A DNA stretch of 64,000 nucleotides from Patescibacteria group bacterium (GCA_022710775.1 JAKLGH010000002.1:12707-76706); one strand, 5' to 3'; counted from the first letter of the stretch, positions 15,673-24,627 are shown. The notes: generated by a model not told the origin, from the letters alone. Program-made: numbers and translations.

Positions 15673-15930
15673 ATGTTTGAACAATTAAAACAATTAAAAA
15701 AGCTGCAGGAGATCCAAAACACTTTAAAAAACGAAAAACTTGATTATGAAAAGCAAGGCATTAAAATTACCCTTAACGGAAAACTGGAAGTTGAAGATAT
15801 CAAACTTAATCCTACGCTGGCGACCGATCAGCAAGAAAAGATTTTGAAAGAAGCCTTGAATGAAGCAATGAAGAAGATCCAGATGACCGTGGCCCAGAAG
15901 ATGCAGCAAATGGGCGGCCTAGGATTTTAG
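15673..15930 (+). CDS. ybaB: YbaB/EbfC-family nucleoid-associated DNA-binding protein
   Basis: An 85-aa protein with QLKKLQEIQ...KITLNGKLEVEDIKLNP..., the typical YbaB layout. Confidence 0.8.
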   Translation: MFEQLKQLKKLQEIQNTLKNEKLDYEKQGIKITLNGKLEVEDIKLNPTLATDQQEKILKEALNEAMKKIQMTVAQKMQQMGGLGF

Positions 15931-15940
15931 AGGAAATTTT

Positions 15941-16495
15941 ATGGAAATAATTCGGATACCGGTTGGCGCGCTCCAAGCTAATTGCTATTTGTTTGTTTGC
16001 GGCAAAGAGCTGGCCGTTATCGATCCGGGCGGCGAAGAGGAAAAGATCTTTCGGGAGATTAAAAATTCGGGCGCGACGCCAAGATACATTATTAACACCC
16101 ATTATCACGACGACCATGTCTCGGGGAACGGCGGATTGAAAAAAAAGACCGGCGCTCCGGTGATGATCCATGAGAACGAAAAGGATTTCATCGATTTCAT
16201 CCCCGACCGTTTTTTAAAGGACGGCGAAGAAATCAAGATAGGTGAGTGTTCTTTAAAGGTTGTGTTGACGCCGGGCCATTCCGCCGGAAGCATCTGCTTG
16301 TTCGGACCGGGTATTGTTTTTTCTGGCGATACGGTCTTTGAGGCCGGCGGCGTTGGCCGGTGGGACTTGCCGGGAGGTTCGCTTGCCGGCCTGGAAGCGT
16401 CGCTTGAAAAACTCAACAGTTCGATCAGCGCCGGAACAACGGTCTATCCGGGCCATGGCGGAAAATTTGGATTCGAGAAAAGGCAATGGACATAA
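15941..16495 (+). CDS. MBL-fold metallo-hydrolase
   Basis: An HYHDDH (HxHxDH) motif with a downstream TPGHS and PGHG. Confidence 0.8.
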   Translation: MEIIRIPVGALQANCYLFVCGKELAVIDPGGEEEKIFREIKNSGATPRYIINTHYHDDHVSGNGGLKKKTGAPVMIHENEKDFIDFIPDRFLKDGEEIKIGECSLKVVLTPGHSAGSICLFGPGIVFSGDTVFEAGGVGRWDLPGGSLAGLEASLEKLNSSISAGTTVYPGHGGKFGFEKRQWT

Positions 16496-17520
16496 ATTTA
16501 CTCAAAGAAGCGCTAAAAGGCGAACCGGCTTACCGTTTCAAACAGGCCAAGGATCTGGTTTTCAAGCAGTTGATCGAGGATTGGTCCGTTGCCCAAGGCT
16601 TGCCGGCGGGTTTGCGCGAAAAACTGAAAAAAGAGATCCCTTTGGCGATCGCAGCCGAAGCAGTTTCATCGGAATCAAAAGACGCGGATAAAGCCGTAAT
16701 TGTTTTGGCGGACGGTGTCAGGATCGAAACGGTTTTAATGCGCCACAAAGACGGCCGGAACACAGTTTGCGTTTCATCGCAAGCCGGCTGTCCGATGGGA
16801 TGCGTTTTTTGCGCTACCGGGAAGAGCGGATTTAAAAGGAATTTGACGGTTTCCGAGATTGTTCTACAGCTGCTGTTTTTTGCGCGCCGTTTGAAAATTA
16901 CTAATGAAAGGATAGACAATGTCGTTTTTATGGGAATGGGGGAGCCGTTTTTAAATTATGATGCGGTGATGGAAGCGGTTAGGCTGATCAACTCAAAGAG
17001 CGGTTTCAATATCGGCGCCCGGCATATTTCTATTTCGACCGTCGGAGTAGTTGAAGGTATAGAAAAACTGGCCAAAGAGCCGATTCAGGTCAATCTGGCA
17101 ATTTCTTTGCACGCGTCCAACGATGCGCTGCGATCCCGTATCGTCTCGGCTAACAACAAGTATCCTATAGGCGATATTCTTTGGGCGGTTTACGCTTATG
17201 CCAAAAAAACCAACCGCCGCGTGATGTTCGAATATATCATGATCGATGGCGTGAACGATTCCGACGATGACGCGCGAGCTTTGGCGGCGTTGATAAAAAA
17301 AAGGTTTTCCTTGAAGCTGGCTTTTATCAATCTGATAACCTACAATCCGACCGGAGAGTTTAAGCCTTCGAGCCGAGAGAGGGTCAGGAAATTCAAAGAA
17401 ATAATCGACCGAGAAAACGTTGAGACGACTGAGCGCCACCGGTTTGGCCGCGAGATCAAAGCGGCTTGCGGGCAACTCGCTTATGGTTCGAGCAATAATA
17501 AAAAAATGAAAAATAATTAA
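16486..17520 (+). CDS. rlmN: 23S rRNA/tRNA adenine-C2 methyltransferase RlmN (radical SAM)
   Basis: CVSSQAGCPMGCVFCATG radical-SAM cluster and the MGMGEP motif. Confidence 0.9.
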   Translation: MDINLLKEALKGEPAYRFKQAKDLVFKQLIEDWSVAQGLPAGLREKLKKEIPLAIAAEAVSSESKDADKAVIVLADGVRIETVLMRHKDGRNTVCVSSQAGCPMGCVFCATGKSGFKRNLTVSEIVLQLLFFARRLKITNERIDNVVFMGMGEPFLNYDAVMEAVRLINSKSGFNIGARHISISTVGVVEGIEKLAKEPIQVNLAISLHASNDALRSRIVSANNKYPIGDILWAVYAYAKKTNRRVMFEYIMIDGVNDSDDDARALAALIKKRFSLKLAFINLITYNPTGEFKPSSRERVRKFKEIIDRENVETTERHRFGREIKAACGQLAYGSSNNKKMKNN

Positions 17521-17646
17521 AAAAAGCAATAATAAAAAAAGTAATAAAAAAAAGATAATAAACAAAAACTAATAAAAAAAAATCCAAAGACCATAACTAA
17601 AATCTACAAGACACCAGTTGCGGACCGCGGATTTTTAAATATTTTT

Positions 17647-17874
17647 ATGCTAGTTAAAGTAAAAGTGTATCCTTGTTCAAAGGAAGAGGGGGTTACAAAA
17701 TTGGCAGAGGACAAATATGAGGTGAAAGTGGCAGAAAAACCGGAAATGAACTTGGCCAACGACCGCGCCCGGCAGCTTTTGGCGGTTTATTTTGGTTTGC
17801 TGGAAAGTAAAGTGAAGCTTGTCCACGGAGCCCACTCGCAAAATAAGATTTTTGACATCGCTGATCTGAACTAA
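17647..17874 (+). CDS. DUF167 (YggU) family protein
   Basis: A 75-aa protein with VKVYP...KVAEKPE...AN..., the typical YggU pattern. Confidence 0.7.
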   Translation: MLVKVKVYPCSKEEGVTKLAEDKYEVKVAEKPEMNLANDRARQLLAVYFGLLESKVKLVHGAHSQNKIFDIADLN

Positions 17875-17878
17875 TCCT

Positions 17879-18463
17879 ATGGAAGATATTATTTTAGTCG
17901 ATGATAACGATATCCAGACCGGAACAGGAGAGAAAATGGATGTTCACCGCTCCGGTTTGCTCCACCGGGCTTTTTCCGTTTGCATTTATAATTCCAAAGG
18001 CGAACAATTGCTGCAAAGAAGGGCGCTGGCGAAATACCATTGTCCTGGTTTGTGGAGCAATGCGTGTTGTTCCCACCCGCGACCGGCCGAAAATTTATTT
18101 GATGCGGCGAAGCGCCGCTTAAAGGAAGAAATGAGTATTGATTATAATTGGAGCGGGAGGGAAGGCGGAGTACCGCAAATGGAATTTATTTATAAAGTCA
18201 AGGTTGGAAATTTAACCGAATATGAATATGACCATGTTTTGTTCGCTGCGTTCGATGGAGAGCCAAAGATCAATAAAGAAGAGGCGGACGGCTGGAGATG
18301 GATTGATCGCGACGAGCTTGTGGCCGACATCAGAAAAAATCCAGCGGAATACACCCCTTGGTTCCGGTTGATGATGCGCGTGGCTTGGATCGGAAACGAT
18401 CCGAAAAGCCTGGTTCCGGAACTGGATCTGTATGAAGAAAGAACCAAAATCGCAAAAAAATGA
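17879..18463 (+). CDS. idi: Isopentenyl-diphosphate delta-isomerase, type 1 (Nudix)
   Basis: GLLHRAFSV, LWSNACCSHP and EYEYDHV motifs. Confidence 0.85.
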   Translation: MEDIILVDDNDIQTGTGEKMDVHRSGLLHRAFSVCIYNSKGEQLLQRRALAKYHCPGLWSNACCSHPRPAENLFDAAKRRLKEEMSIDYNWSGREGGVPQMEFIYKVKVGNLTEYEYDHVLFAAFDGEPKINKEEADGWRWIDRDELVADIRKNPAEYTPWFRLMMRVAWIGNDPKSLVPELDLYEERTKIAKK

Positions 18464-19182
18464 AAGAAACGGAAGCAAAAATGCTGCTGGAAAAAACAAA
18501 GCGAGACTATGATCTGATAGCGGATGGGTTTTCCGCGACCAGGGAACGCCCGCTGGAGCAATTCGGTTTTTTATTCGACCGGTATCTGAAAAAAGGGGAT
18601 AAGATTTTGGATCTTGGCTGCGGTAACGGCAGGTATGTTTCCGTTTTTTTGGAAAAATCAGCAGAATACATCGGCCAGGATTTTTCGAAAGAACTCATCG
18701 GGATAGCGAAAGCCAAATTTCCTAAAGAGCAATTCATTGTAGGAGAGGCAACCGTGCTGCCGTATCCGGATCGGGATTTCGACAAGGTTTTTTGCTTGGC
18801 GGTTTTGCACCATATACCGTCGCGCCGGATGAGAAAAAAAGTTTTTTGCGAAGCCGCCCGGGTTTTAAAGAAAGAAGGTATTTTTGTGGCGACGGTTTGG
18901 GATTTGCGTCCGTTAAAAATAATATCTTCAAGAAACTGGAAAAGAATGGCCGGATATTTTAAAAGCCAGGTATCGGTGGCGGCTGGAAGATCAAAGTTAG
19001 ATTTTGGAGATTTTTTTATTCCTTGGCGCGGGTCTTTGATGCGTTATTTGCATGCTTTTTCCCTGGGCGAGTTGAAAGATCTGGCGCTTGCCGCTGGACT
19101 GGAAATAATAGAGGCCGGAATTACCGGTCAAGGATCAAGGGAAGGCAACCTTTACATTGTTGCGAAAAAAACGCAAAATTAG
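18460..19182 (+). CDS. Class I SAM-dependent methyltransferase
   Basis: ILDLGCGNGRY (motif I). Its start overlaps the idi stop by 4 nt. Confidence 0.75.
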   Translation: MKETEAKMLLEKTKRDYDLIADGFSATRERPLEQFGFLFDRYLKKGDKILDLGCGNGRYVSVFLEKSAEYIGQDFSKELIGIAKAKFPKEQFIVGEATVLPYPDRDFDKVFCLAVLHHIPSRRMRKKVFCEAARVLKKEGIFVATVWDLRPLKIISSRNWKRMAGYFKSQVSVAAGRSKLDFGDFFIPWRGSLMRYLHAFSLGELKDLALAAGLEIIEAGITGQGSREGNLYIVAKKTQN

Positions 19183-19215
19183 GAAAATACCCTAAGTTCC
19201 GGGAATCAAACCAAC

Positions 19216-20256
19216 ATGATGATAAAAATCGGAGTTACCGGCGCCTTCGCGGCCGGAAAAGATACGCTGGCCGAATACCTTGTTTTGAAAGGTTTCGAAC
19301 ACATTTCTTTGTCCGACCTCATAAGGGAAGAGCTTAAAAAAAATAGCCAGGAAATAACCAGGGAAAATTTGGTGAAAGCTGGAAACGAGATGAGGGAAAA
19401 AGAAGGCAACGGAGTATTGGCCAAAAGGGCAATCGAGCGGATGAATGAGGAAAAGAACTACGTTATTACCAGTATCAGGAATCCGCTGGAAGTTAAAACG
19501 CTGGCCGGTTTTGGAAAGTTTGTTTTAGTGTCGGTTGACGCGCCGGCGGATTTAAGATTTGAAAGGATCATCGCAAGAGGACGGAAAGAAAAAGACGCCA
19601 AGACCTTCGAAGAATTCAAAGAAATGGAAGCGAGGGAAATGAAGTCGGACAATAAATCCAGCCAGCAGATAAAGGCCTGCATGAATATGGCCAAATTCAC
19701 GATCGTAAACGATGCCGGCAAAGAGGATTATTTCAAAAAAATCGATAATCTGATGCCGCACCTCGAAAAAGAAGCGCAGCATATCCGGCCCGATTGGGAC
19801 CGCTATTTCATAGACTTGGTCCGGTTGGTCGGGGAAAGGGGGACGTGTAACCGTGGAAGGGCGGGATGCCTGATCGTTAAAGATAAAAGAATAATCGCGA
19901 CCGGTTACGTCGGGGCGCCTCCAAAATTGGCGCATTGCGACGATGTAGGCCACTGGTTCAAAAAAACCATCCATGAGGACGGAAGCGTCACCCAGCATTG
20001 CATTAGAACTGTACACGCCGAGGCAAACGCTATTGCGCAGGCCGCGAAGTACGGAATTGCCATTGACGGGGCAACGCTTTACTGTAAAATTGAACCTTGC
20101 TTGGACTGTACCAAGCTTTTAATAAGCGCTGGCATAAAAAGGGTGGTTTGCGAGAATCGCTACCATGCCGCTAAAGAGGCCAGGGAAATGCTGGAAGAGG
20201 CGGGAGTGAAAGTGGATTCTTTGAATGAGGAAGAGGAGTCTTACGGAACAAAATAA
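19216..20256 (+). CDS. Fusion: P-loop nucleotide-kinase-like domain plus dCMP deaminase (ComEB-type) domain
   Basis: The N-terminus has IGVTGAFAAGKDT (P-loop). The C-terminus has the HAEANAI...PCLDC zinc-binding deaminase motifs. Confidence 0.75.
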   Translation: MMIKIGVTGAFAAGKDTLAEYLVLKGFEHISLSDLIREELKKNSQEITRENLVKAGNEMREKEGNGVLAKRAIERMNEEKNYVITSIRNPLEVKTLAGFGKFVLVSVDAPADLRFERIIARGRKEKDAKTFEEFKEMEAREMKSDNKSSQQIKACMNMAKFTIVNDAGKEDYFKKIDNLMPHLEKEAQHIRPDWDRYFIDLVRLVGERGTCNRGRAGCLIVKDKRIIATGYVGAPPKLAHCDDVGHWFKKTIHEDGSVTQHCIRTVHAEANAIAQAAKYGIAIDGATLYCKIEPCLDCTKLLISAGIKRVVCENRYHAAKEAREMLEEAGVKVDSLNEEEESYGTK

Positions 20257-20267
20257 CAAACAACAAC

Positions 20268-20340
20268 GCGCCCGTAGTTTAACGGATAAAATGCCGGCCT
20301 CCGGAGCTGGTGACTACTGGTTCGATTCCAGTCGGGCGCA
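20268..20340 (+). tRNA. tRNA-Arg (anticodon CCG)
   Basis: A hand-folded cloverleaf with acceptor GCGCCCG/CGGGCGC. The anticodon arm is CCGGC-CTCCGGA-GCTGG, and the T-arm is ACTGG-TTCGATT-CCAGT. No CCA is encoded. Confidence 0.95.
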
Positions 20341-20530
20341 CATTGCAGCGGTTATATTGTTTAAAGCCCCATTTTCATGGGGCTTTAAACACAGTATATT
20401 CTGTCGATTGTTGAAAAAACGGCTTGTTTTGGATGGATCAGCCATTGTTAATTGGCAGTTTTAAGATATAATTTACTAAAGATATAACAACAGCCGGTGT
20501 TTTGGGAAACAGGCTGGCACTACATTTCCG

Positions 20531-21895
20531 ATGTTCTCAAAAAAAAGATCATTTGCCCTATTATTTTTGACAGCAACCCTTTTTTTATCAGGTTTTGCTG
20601 TTGTCGCGGCTGCCGGCGATCCGCTTGTTCCCTGCGGCGGTCCCGGCCAGCATGCTTGCACCATCTGCGATTTTTTTGAAATGACCCGGCGGGTCTCTAA
20701 TTATATTATTTTTTGGATTATACCGGTTTTGACCGCTTTTTTTCTGTTGATCGGAGGCGGTTACCTTATCTGGTCCAAAGGCGATCCCGCCGCGCTTGTA
20801 AGCTCTAAAAACGTCATTAAAGTAACGATAATCGGTTTCATAGTTATTTTTATAGGCTGGGTTTTCGTCAATACGATGTTTATGGTTCTGGGCATTGCCG
20901 AATGGGACGGTTTTAAACTTAACGAAAGCTGGTGGAAGGTGAGCGCCAAATGTTCTCATCATGAGGAATCAATCGAAGAGTGCGGCGACGGAATATGGCA
21001 GATCGGCGAAGGATGCGATCCGAACATGACTGTTCTGACCTGCCAGGGCCATGGCGGTTATTCGGTGGAAACTTGCAATGAAATAATCGATAATTGCGAT
21101 CCCGATACTTGCAAGTCCGAATATTGCGGAAACGGAGAAGTGGAGAGCGGCGAGGAATGCGATTATAACGAACCGCTCTGGCGATGCAAAAAAAGAAAGC
21201 CGTCTTGGACGGATAAAAAATGCCAGGACACGATTAACAATTGCAACGATGATTGCAAAATAATTGCCGAGGCGATCTGCGAAGCCGAAGATAAATCAAA
21301 AATCGGAAAGGGTTGCTGGCTGACAAACGATCCTTCCGACCGGGAAAAATACTGCCAAAGAGGAAAATACGTCTGCGAAGACGATCCAAGCTCTTCGAAT
21401 TTCAATAAAGTCGTTTGCAAGGGGATCAGCCCGAAAATCTACGACGAATGCTGTTTAAACGGCGGAGATAACCTTGATGATAAATCTTTTGACATAGTGA
21501 GGATCCGCGACTATGTAAAATTAGGGGTAGGCGGGGGATTGTTCGATATGAATCAGATGGTACCCTGCGAGAGCGCCTCGATCGACTGCGACACTATCTG
21601 TAAAGATAAAGGGAAAGTGTGCGTCGGCGTTGGACTGGCGAACTGGCAGAAGAATAAGTGCATTTACGTGATCCATCACGATTTCAACAATTGCAACTTG
21701 AGCCAGAATCTTGCCTCAAACGACTGCCGTTCAAAATATTGCATTACCAGTTACATTTGCTGCGAAGGCGGCGATAACTGCGATAGCAAGCTTGAGCCTT
21801 GCTGCAAAGGCACGATGACCGACCCGGCTTACGGGCCTTTTACCGGCAAAGGCGCGATGTTTAGCGTTGGAGAAACAGCTTGTTATTGCGAGTAA
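20531..21895 (+). CDS. T4SS-pilin-like (LVPCG family) protein with long Cys-rich C-terminal region; paralog of 11243..11833
   Basis: AGDPLVPCGGPGQHACTICDFF is followed by two TM helices and AEWDGFKLNESWWK, collinear with the 11243 protein. CGDG/CGNGEVESGEECD repeats follow, in an extension of about 300 aa containing many Cys. Confidence 0.75.
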   Translation: MFSKKRSFALLFLTATLFLSGFAVVAAAGDPLVPCGGPGQHACTICDFFEMTRRVSNYIIFWIIPVLTAFFLLIGGGYLIWSKGDPAALVSSKNVIKVTIIGFIVIFIGWVFVNTMFMVLGIAEWDGFKLNESWWKVSAKCSHHEESIEECGDGIWQIGEGCDPNMTVLTCQGHGGYSVETCNEIIDNCDPDTCKSEYCGNGEVESGEECDYNEPLWRCKKRKPSWTDKKCQDTINNCNDDCKIIAEAICEAEDKSKIGKGCWLTNDPSDREKYCQRGKYVCEDDPSSSNFNKVVCKGISPKIYDECCLNGGDNLDDKSFDIVRIRDYVKLGVGGGLFDMNQMVPCESASIDCDTICKDKGKVCVGVGLANWQKNKCIYVIHHDFNNCNLSQNLASNDCRSKYCITSYICCEGGDNCDSKLEPCCKGTMTDPAYGPFTGKGAMFSVGETACYCE

Positions 21896-21913
21896 GCTTT
21901 TTTAGGATTCGCT

Positions 21914-23020
21914 GTGCTATCAAAAAATATGGAAGAAGAAAATTTTATCGAAGAGCTGGATAAAAAGAGGAGGATTTTCTATTACGGCGGAATCGCGGCG
22001 GTGGTTTTTTCCTTTTTGATCTTGTATATTTTTGTTATTGCCGATATGCTCGGCGGCAGATCTGGCTTGGATGAAGAGAAGCCCGGAAACGGCCAAGTTT
22101 CAGAGGTGGGCGAGGGGCAGGAGGACGGAATATATCACGTGGAAGTAAAAACAAAAGATGATTGCCTGGATATGGATGATAAAAATGAGAGCCGAAAATG
22201 TCTTGATAATATTGCTCTGGACAGCGCTATAGACGATAACCTTTTTTCAAAGTGTAACGATATCGGAAATGAAAGCCTTCGAAACGACTGTATGCACCAG
22301 GTTGCCCATAACCAGGAAAGCATAGCCCTCTGCTTAAAAATTTCCGATGAAGCGATCAAAAAGACATGCGTTAGCGATGTGGCGATATCGTTGAAGGATC
22401 CGAGCGTTTGCAGCGCCGCTTTCCGTGAATCTTTCGAATTGAAAGAATGCCGCGATGTCGCGACAGCCTTTACGATAGCTTACAGCGGAAAAAAAGACGA
22501 TATCGGAGAATGTGCCGCAATCGAGACCAAAGAATATTCCAATTTGTGTTTTTTGAATTCTTACGTTTCCAAATATGGCGGCGATTGCGAAAAGATTCCC
22601 TCGGCTTATCGGCAGTATTGTATTGATTATAAGGCGATGGAAGCGGCCGAAAATCCGGAAGATTGCGATGTTGTTAAAGATTCCAACTATAAGGAATATT
22701 GTTTGAAGGTGGCGGAGGTGGGAGCTATCGAGGCGCGTTACTTTGATACCGACGGCGACGGAATTACGGATGGTAACGAGCTGTTTATGAAAACCGATCC
22801 CAAGAAAGTTGATACCGACGGCGACGGGATTAATGACGGCGCCGAATGGATTATTCTTGGAATCGATCCCGGTAATCCGGATACCGACGGCGACGGTTTA
22901 AACGATTCCCAGGAAATGCAGGATTACCGTACAAATCCCAAGAATCCGGATACCGACGGCGACGGAAGAAACGACGGTTTAGAGGTAAAAATGAAGAGGA
23001 ACCCATTGACCAAAGACTGA
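21914..23020 (+). CDS. Membrane-anchored protein with Cys-containing repeats and four thrombospondin-type-3-like Ca-binding repeats
   Basis: An N-terminal TM segment (YYGGIAAVVFSFLILYIFVI). The C-terminus has 4x DTDGDG(I/L/R)(T/N)D motifs. The start is uncertain (GTG at 21914 or ATG at 21929). Confidence 0.65.
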   Translation: MLSKNMEEENFIEELDKKRRIFYYGGIAAVVFSFLILYIFVIADMLGGRSGLDEEKPGNGQVSEVGEGQEDGIYHVEVKTKDDCLDMDDKNESRKCLDNIALDSAIDDNLFSKCNDIGNESLRNDCMHQVAHNQESIALCLKISDEAIKKTCVSDVAISLKDPSVCSAAFRESFELKECRDVATAFTIAYSGKKDDIGECAAIETKEYSNLCFLNSYVSKYGGDCEKIPSAYRQYCIDYKAMEAAENPEDCDVVKDSNYKEYCLKVAEVGAIEARYFDTDGDGITDGNELFMKTDPKKVDTDGDGINDGAEWIILGIDPGNPDTDGDGLNDSQEMQDYRTNPKNPDTDGDGRNDGLEVKMKRNPLTKD

Positions 23021-23043
23021 ATAAATTGCGTAAAAAATTTAGC

Positions 23044-23071
23044 TTGACATAAAAACGGTTACGGCTAGAAT
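23044..23071 (+). promoter_or_regulatory. Strong sigma70-like promoter (TTGACA-16-TAGAAT)
   Basis: TTGACA at 23044-23049 and TAGAAT at 23066-23071. No ORF follows. Confidence 0.6.
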
Positions 23072-23076
23072 GTATG

Positions 23077-23240
23077 TGAGGGGATGAGGGTTTTTACCCA
23101 ATAGGCAGAATGTTCTTCAGTGAAGGAGGTTAAGCAGGCCTAACAGCCTCTGCCAGGCTGTAGTTAAAACCTTAACTGATTTCATGTTGGACGCTTTCCC
23201 CTCACTAAAACCCACCGGAACGCCGGCGGTTTTTAGTTTT
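23077..23240 (+). ncRNA. Candidate structured small RNA (unclassified) with its own promoter and terminator
   Basis: A 9-bp closing stem, GTGAGGGGA (23076-84) with TCCCCTCAC (23197-205). Internal hairpins are GGGT-tttt-ACCC and ACAGCCT-ctgcc-AGGCTGT. A weak terminator, CCGG-aacg-CCGG..TTTTT, lies at 23212-23240. There is no SD or ORF. Confidence 0.45.
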
Positions 23241-23370
23241 CTAAAGCCTTTTGCTTTTTGTGCCCGTTTTGATAAAATAGCCTTAAAGAAAGGATCAAAA
23301 GGTTAAAAATTAACTAAGATACGCTGGTTTGACTGGCTTTGCGCTCGGATAATATCTATAATTCCGTAAG

Positions 23371-23955
23371 ATGCCGGATCAGTTAACCATCAGAAATTTT
23401 ATGCAGTATGAAATTGCCGTATCGGGGGCAGCGGAGATTTCCCATTGTTGCGATAAGATAATATTGGTTTCAAGGATAATCGGCCGGGAGATTGCCCGCC
23501 ATGGATGCAATCTGGTGACGGGCGCTACGACGGGAGTGCCTTATTTTTCCGCCGAAGGCTGCAGAGAGGCCGGAGGGTTTAATGTGGGTTTTTCGCCCGC
23601 TTCTTCGGAATCGGCTCATGTTAAAACCTATCGCCTGCCGGTTGAACCTTTTGACGTAATGATCTACACCGGTTCCGATTACGTGGGCAGGGATATTATT
23701 ATGACCAAATCGGCCGACGCAGTGATCATTATTTGCGGCCGGATCGGAACTTTGCATGAATTTGCGACAGCTTTCGAATGCCGGAAAATCATCGGTATTC
23801 TGGAGGGTTCGGGCGGCACCGCGGATAAAATTCGGTCAATCGCCAACGGTCCGTATCGCGTATCAAAAAAAATCATTTACGATAAAGATCCTGTACGGCT
23901 GGTAGAAAGGGTCGTAGCGGCGATCAAAAAGGAGAAGAAGAAAACCGATATCTAG
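23371..23955 (+). CDS. LOG/TIGR00725-like Rossmann-fold nucleotide-binding protein
   Basis: VSGAA...LVTGATTGVPY...GGFNVGFSP...ICGRIGTLHEF pattern. An alternative start is the ATG at 23401. Confidence 0.6.
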   Translation: MPDQLTIRNFMQYEIAVSGAAEISHCCDKIILVSRIIGREIARHGCNLVTGATTGVPYFSAEGCREAGGFNVGFSPASSESAHVKTYRLPVEPFDVMIYTGSDYVGRDIIMTKSADAVIIICGRIGTLHEFATAFECRKIIGILEGSGGTADKIRSIANGPYRVSKKIIYDKDPVRLVERVVAAIKKEKKKTDI

Positions 23956-24098
23956 CGATAGCCGATGCTTTGCAAAACTAGATCAAAAGATATCGGCCGG
24001 AACTTTGCGGTATTTTTCGATATTCAATAGGAAAAAATATTTTTTGCTTTTTTCAAAGAAAGGTCGGTTCATATATCTTTTTTAAAAAAAACAAAAAA

Positions 24099-24356
24099 AT
24101 GCCATCTGAACAAGGAGAACTGATCGGTTCAATCACGCATTATTTTTCCAAAATCGGAGTCGGAGTTGTTGAATTGTCGAAATCTTTAAAAACAGGCGAT
24201 ACGATTAAAATTTTCGGAAAGGATATCGATTTCGATCAAAAAGTTGATTCTATGGAAATGGACGGGCAGAAAATCCAGGAAGCGAAGCCCGGGGTTGCCG
24301 TGGGCCTTAAATTGGAACGAAGAGCGAAGGAAGGCTGCCAGGTTTTTAAGTTTTAA
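24099..24356 (+). CDS. Small EF-Tu-domain-2-like beta-barrel protein (translation elongation factor-like)
   Basis: An 85-aa protein with GSITHYFSKIGVGVVELSKSLKTGDTIKI...AKPGVAVGLKL, as seen in stand-alone EFTu_D2-like proteins. Confidence 0.5.
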   Translation: MPSEQGELIGSITHYFSKIGVGVVELSKSLKTGDTIKIFGKDIDFDQKVDSMEMDGQKIQEAKPGVAVGLKLERRAKEGCQVFKF

Positions 24357-24447
24357 GCTGTCCGAAATTTTCTTTGGCCAAAGTTATCGGTTTTATTATT
24401 TTTTAACCTAAGAATTTTTCGAAAACATAAGAAAACCCGAATTTTTT

Positions 24448-24618
24448 CCGGAATGCGTAAAGGCGGTAAGCGGGCATCCTGCTTTCATTTTCTGGGCAAA
24501 GAAGCATCCTCGACAGTGTTAAGGCATTGTTCCCGGCTAAGAGTGATTGCGCGTTTTATGCCGCGCCGGGCGGTTTTCCGGGTCAAAGGTAAAAACATTT
24601 AGAAGATAAGAAATTGAT
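24448..24618 (+). ncRNA. Copy D (divergent) of the multi-copy structured RNA-like element, directly upstream of mgtC
   Basis: It shares ..ggtaagcggg.., ctgggcaaa and gaagcatcctc. It also shares the hairpin GCGCG-ttttatgc-CGCGC followed by CGGGCGG, and the 3' end agaagataagaaattgat. Confidence 0.35.
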
Positions 24619-24627
24619 GCAAAATTC

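Noticed and set aside
22740-22970. Four regularly spaced GATACCGACGGCGACGG repeats, considered as a CRISPR-like or tandem-repeat signal.
   Set aside because: They are in-frame coding repeats (DTDGDG Ca-binding motifs) within 21914..23020. The spacing is irregular and there are no spacer-like unique segments of CRISPR type.
23077-23205. Assignment of the small RNA as SRP (4.5S) RNA, based on GUGAAGGAGGUUAAGCAGGCCUAAC.
   Set aside because: The 5' strand does not pair with the 3' strand to give the helix-8 symmetric and asymmetric loops. The best fold is multi-branched, not a rod. It is kept as an unclassified ncRNA candidate.
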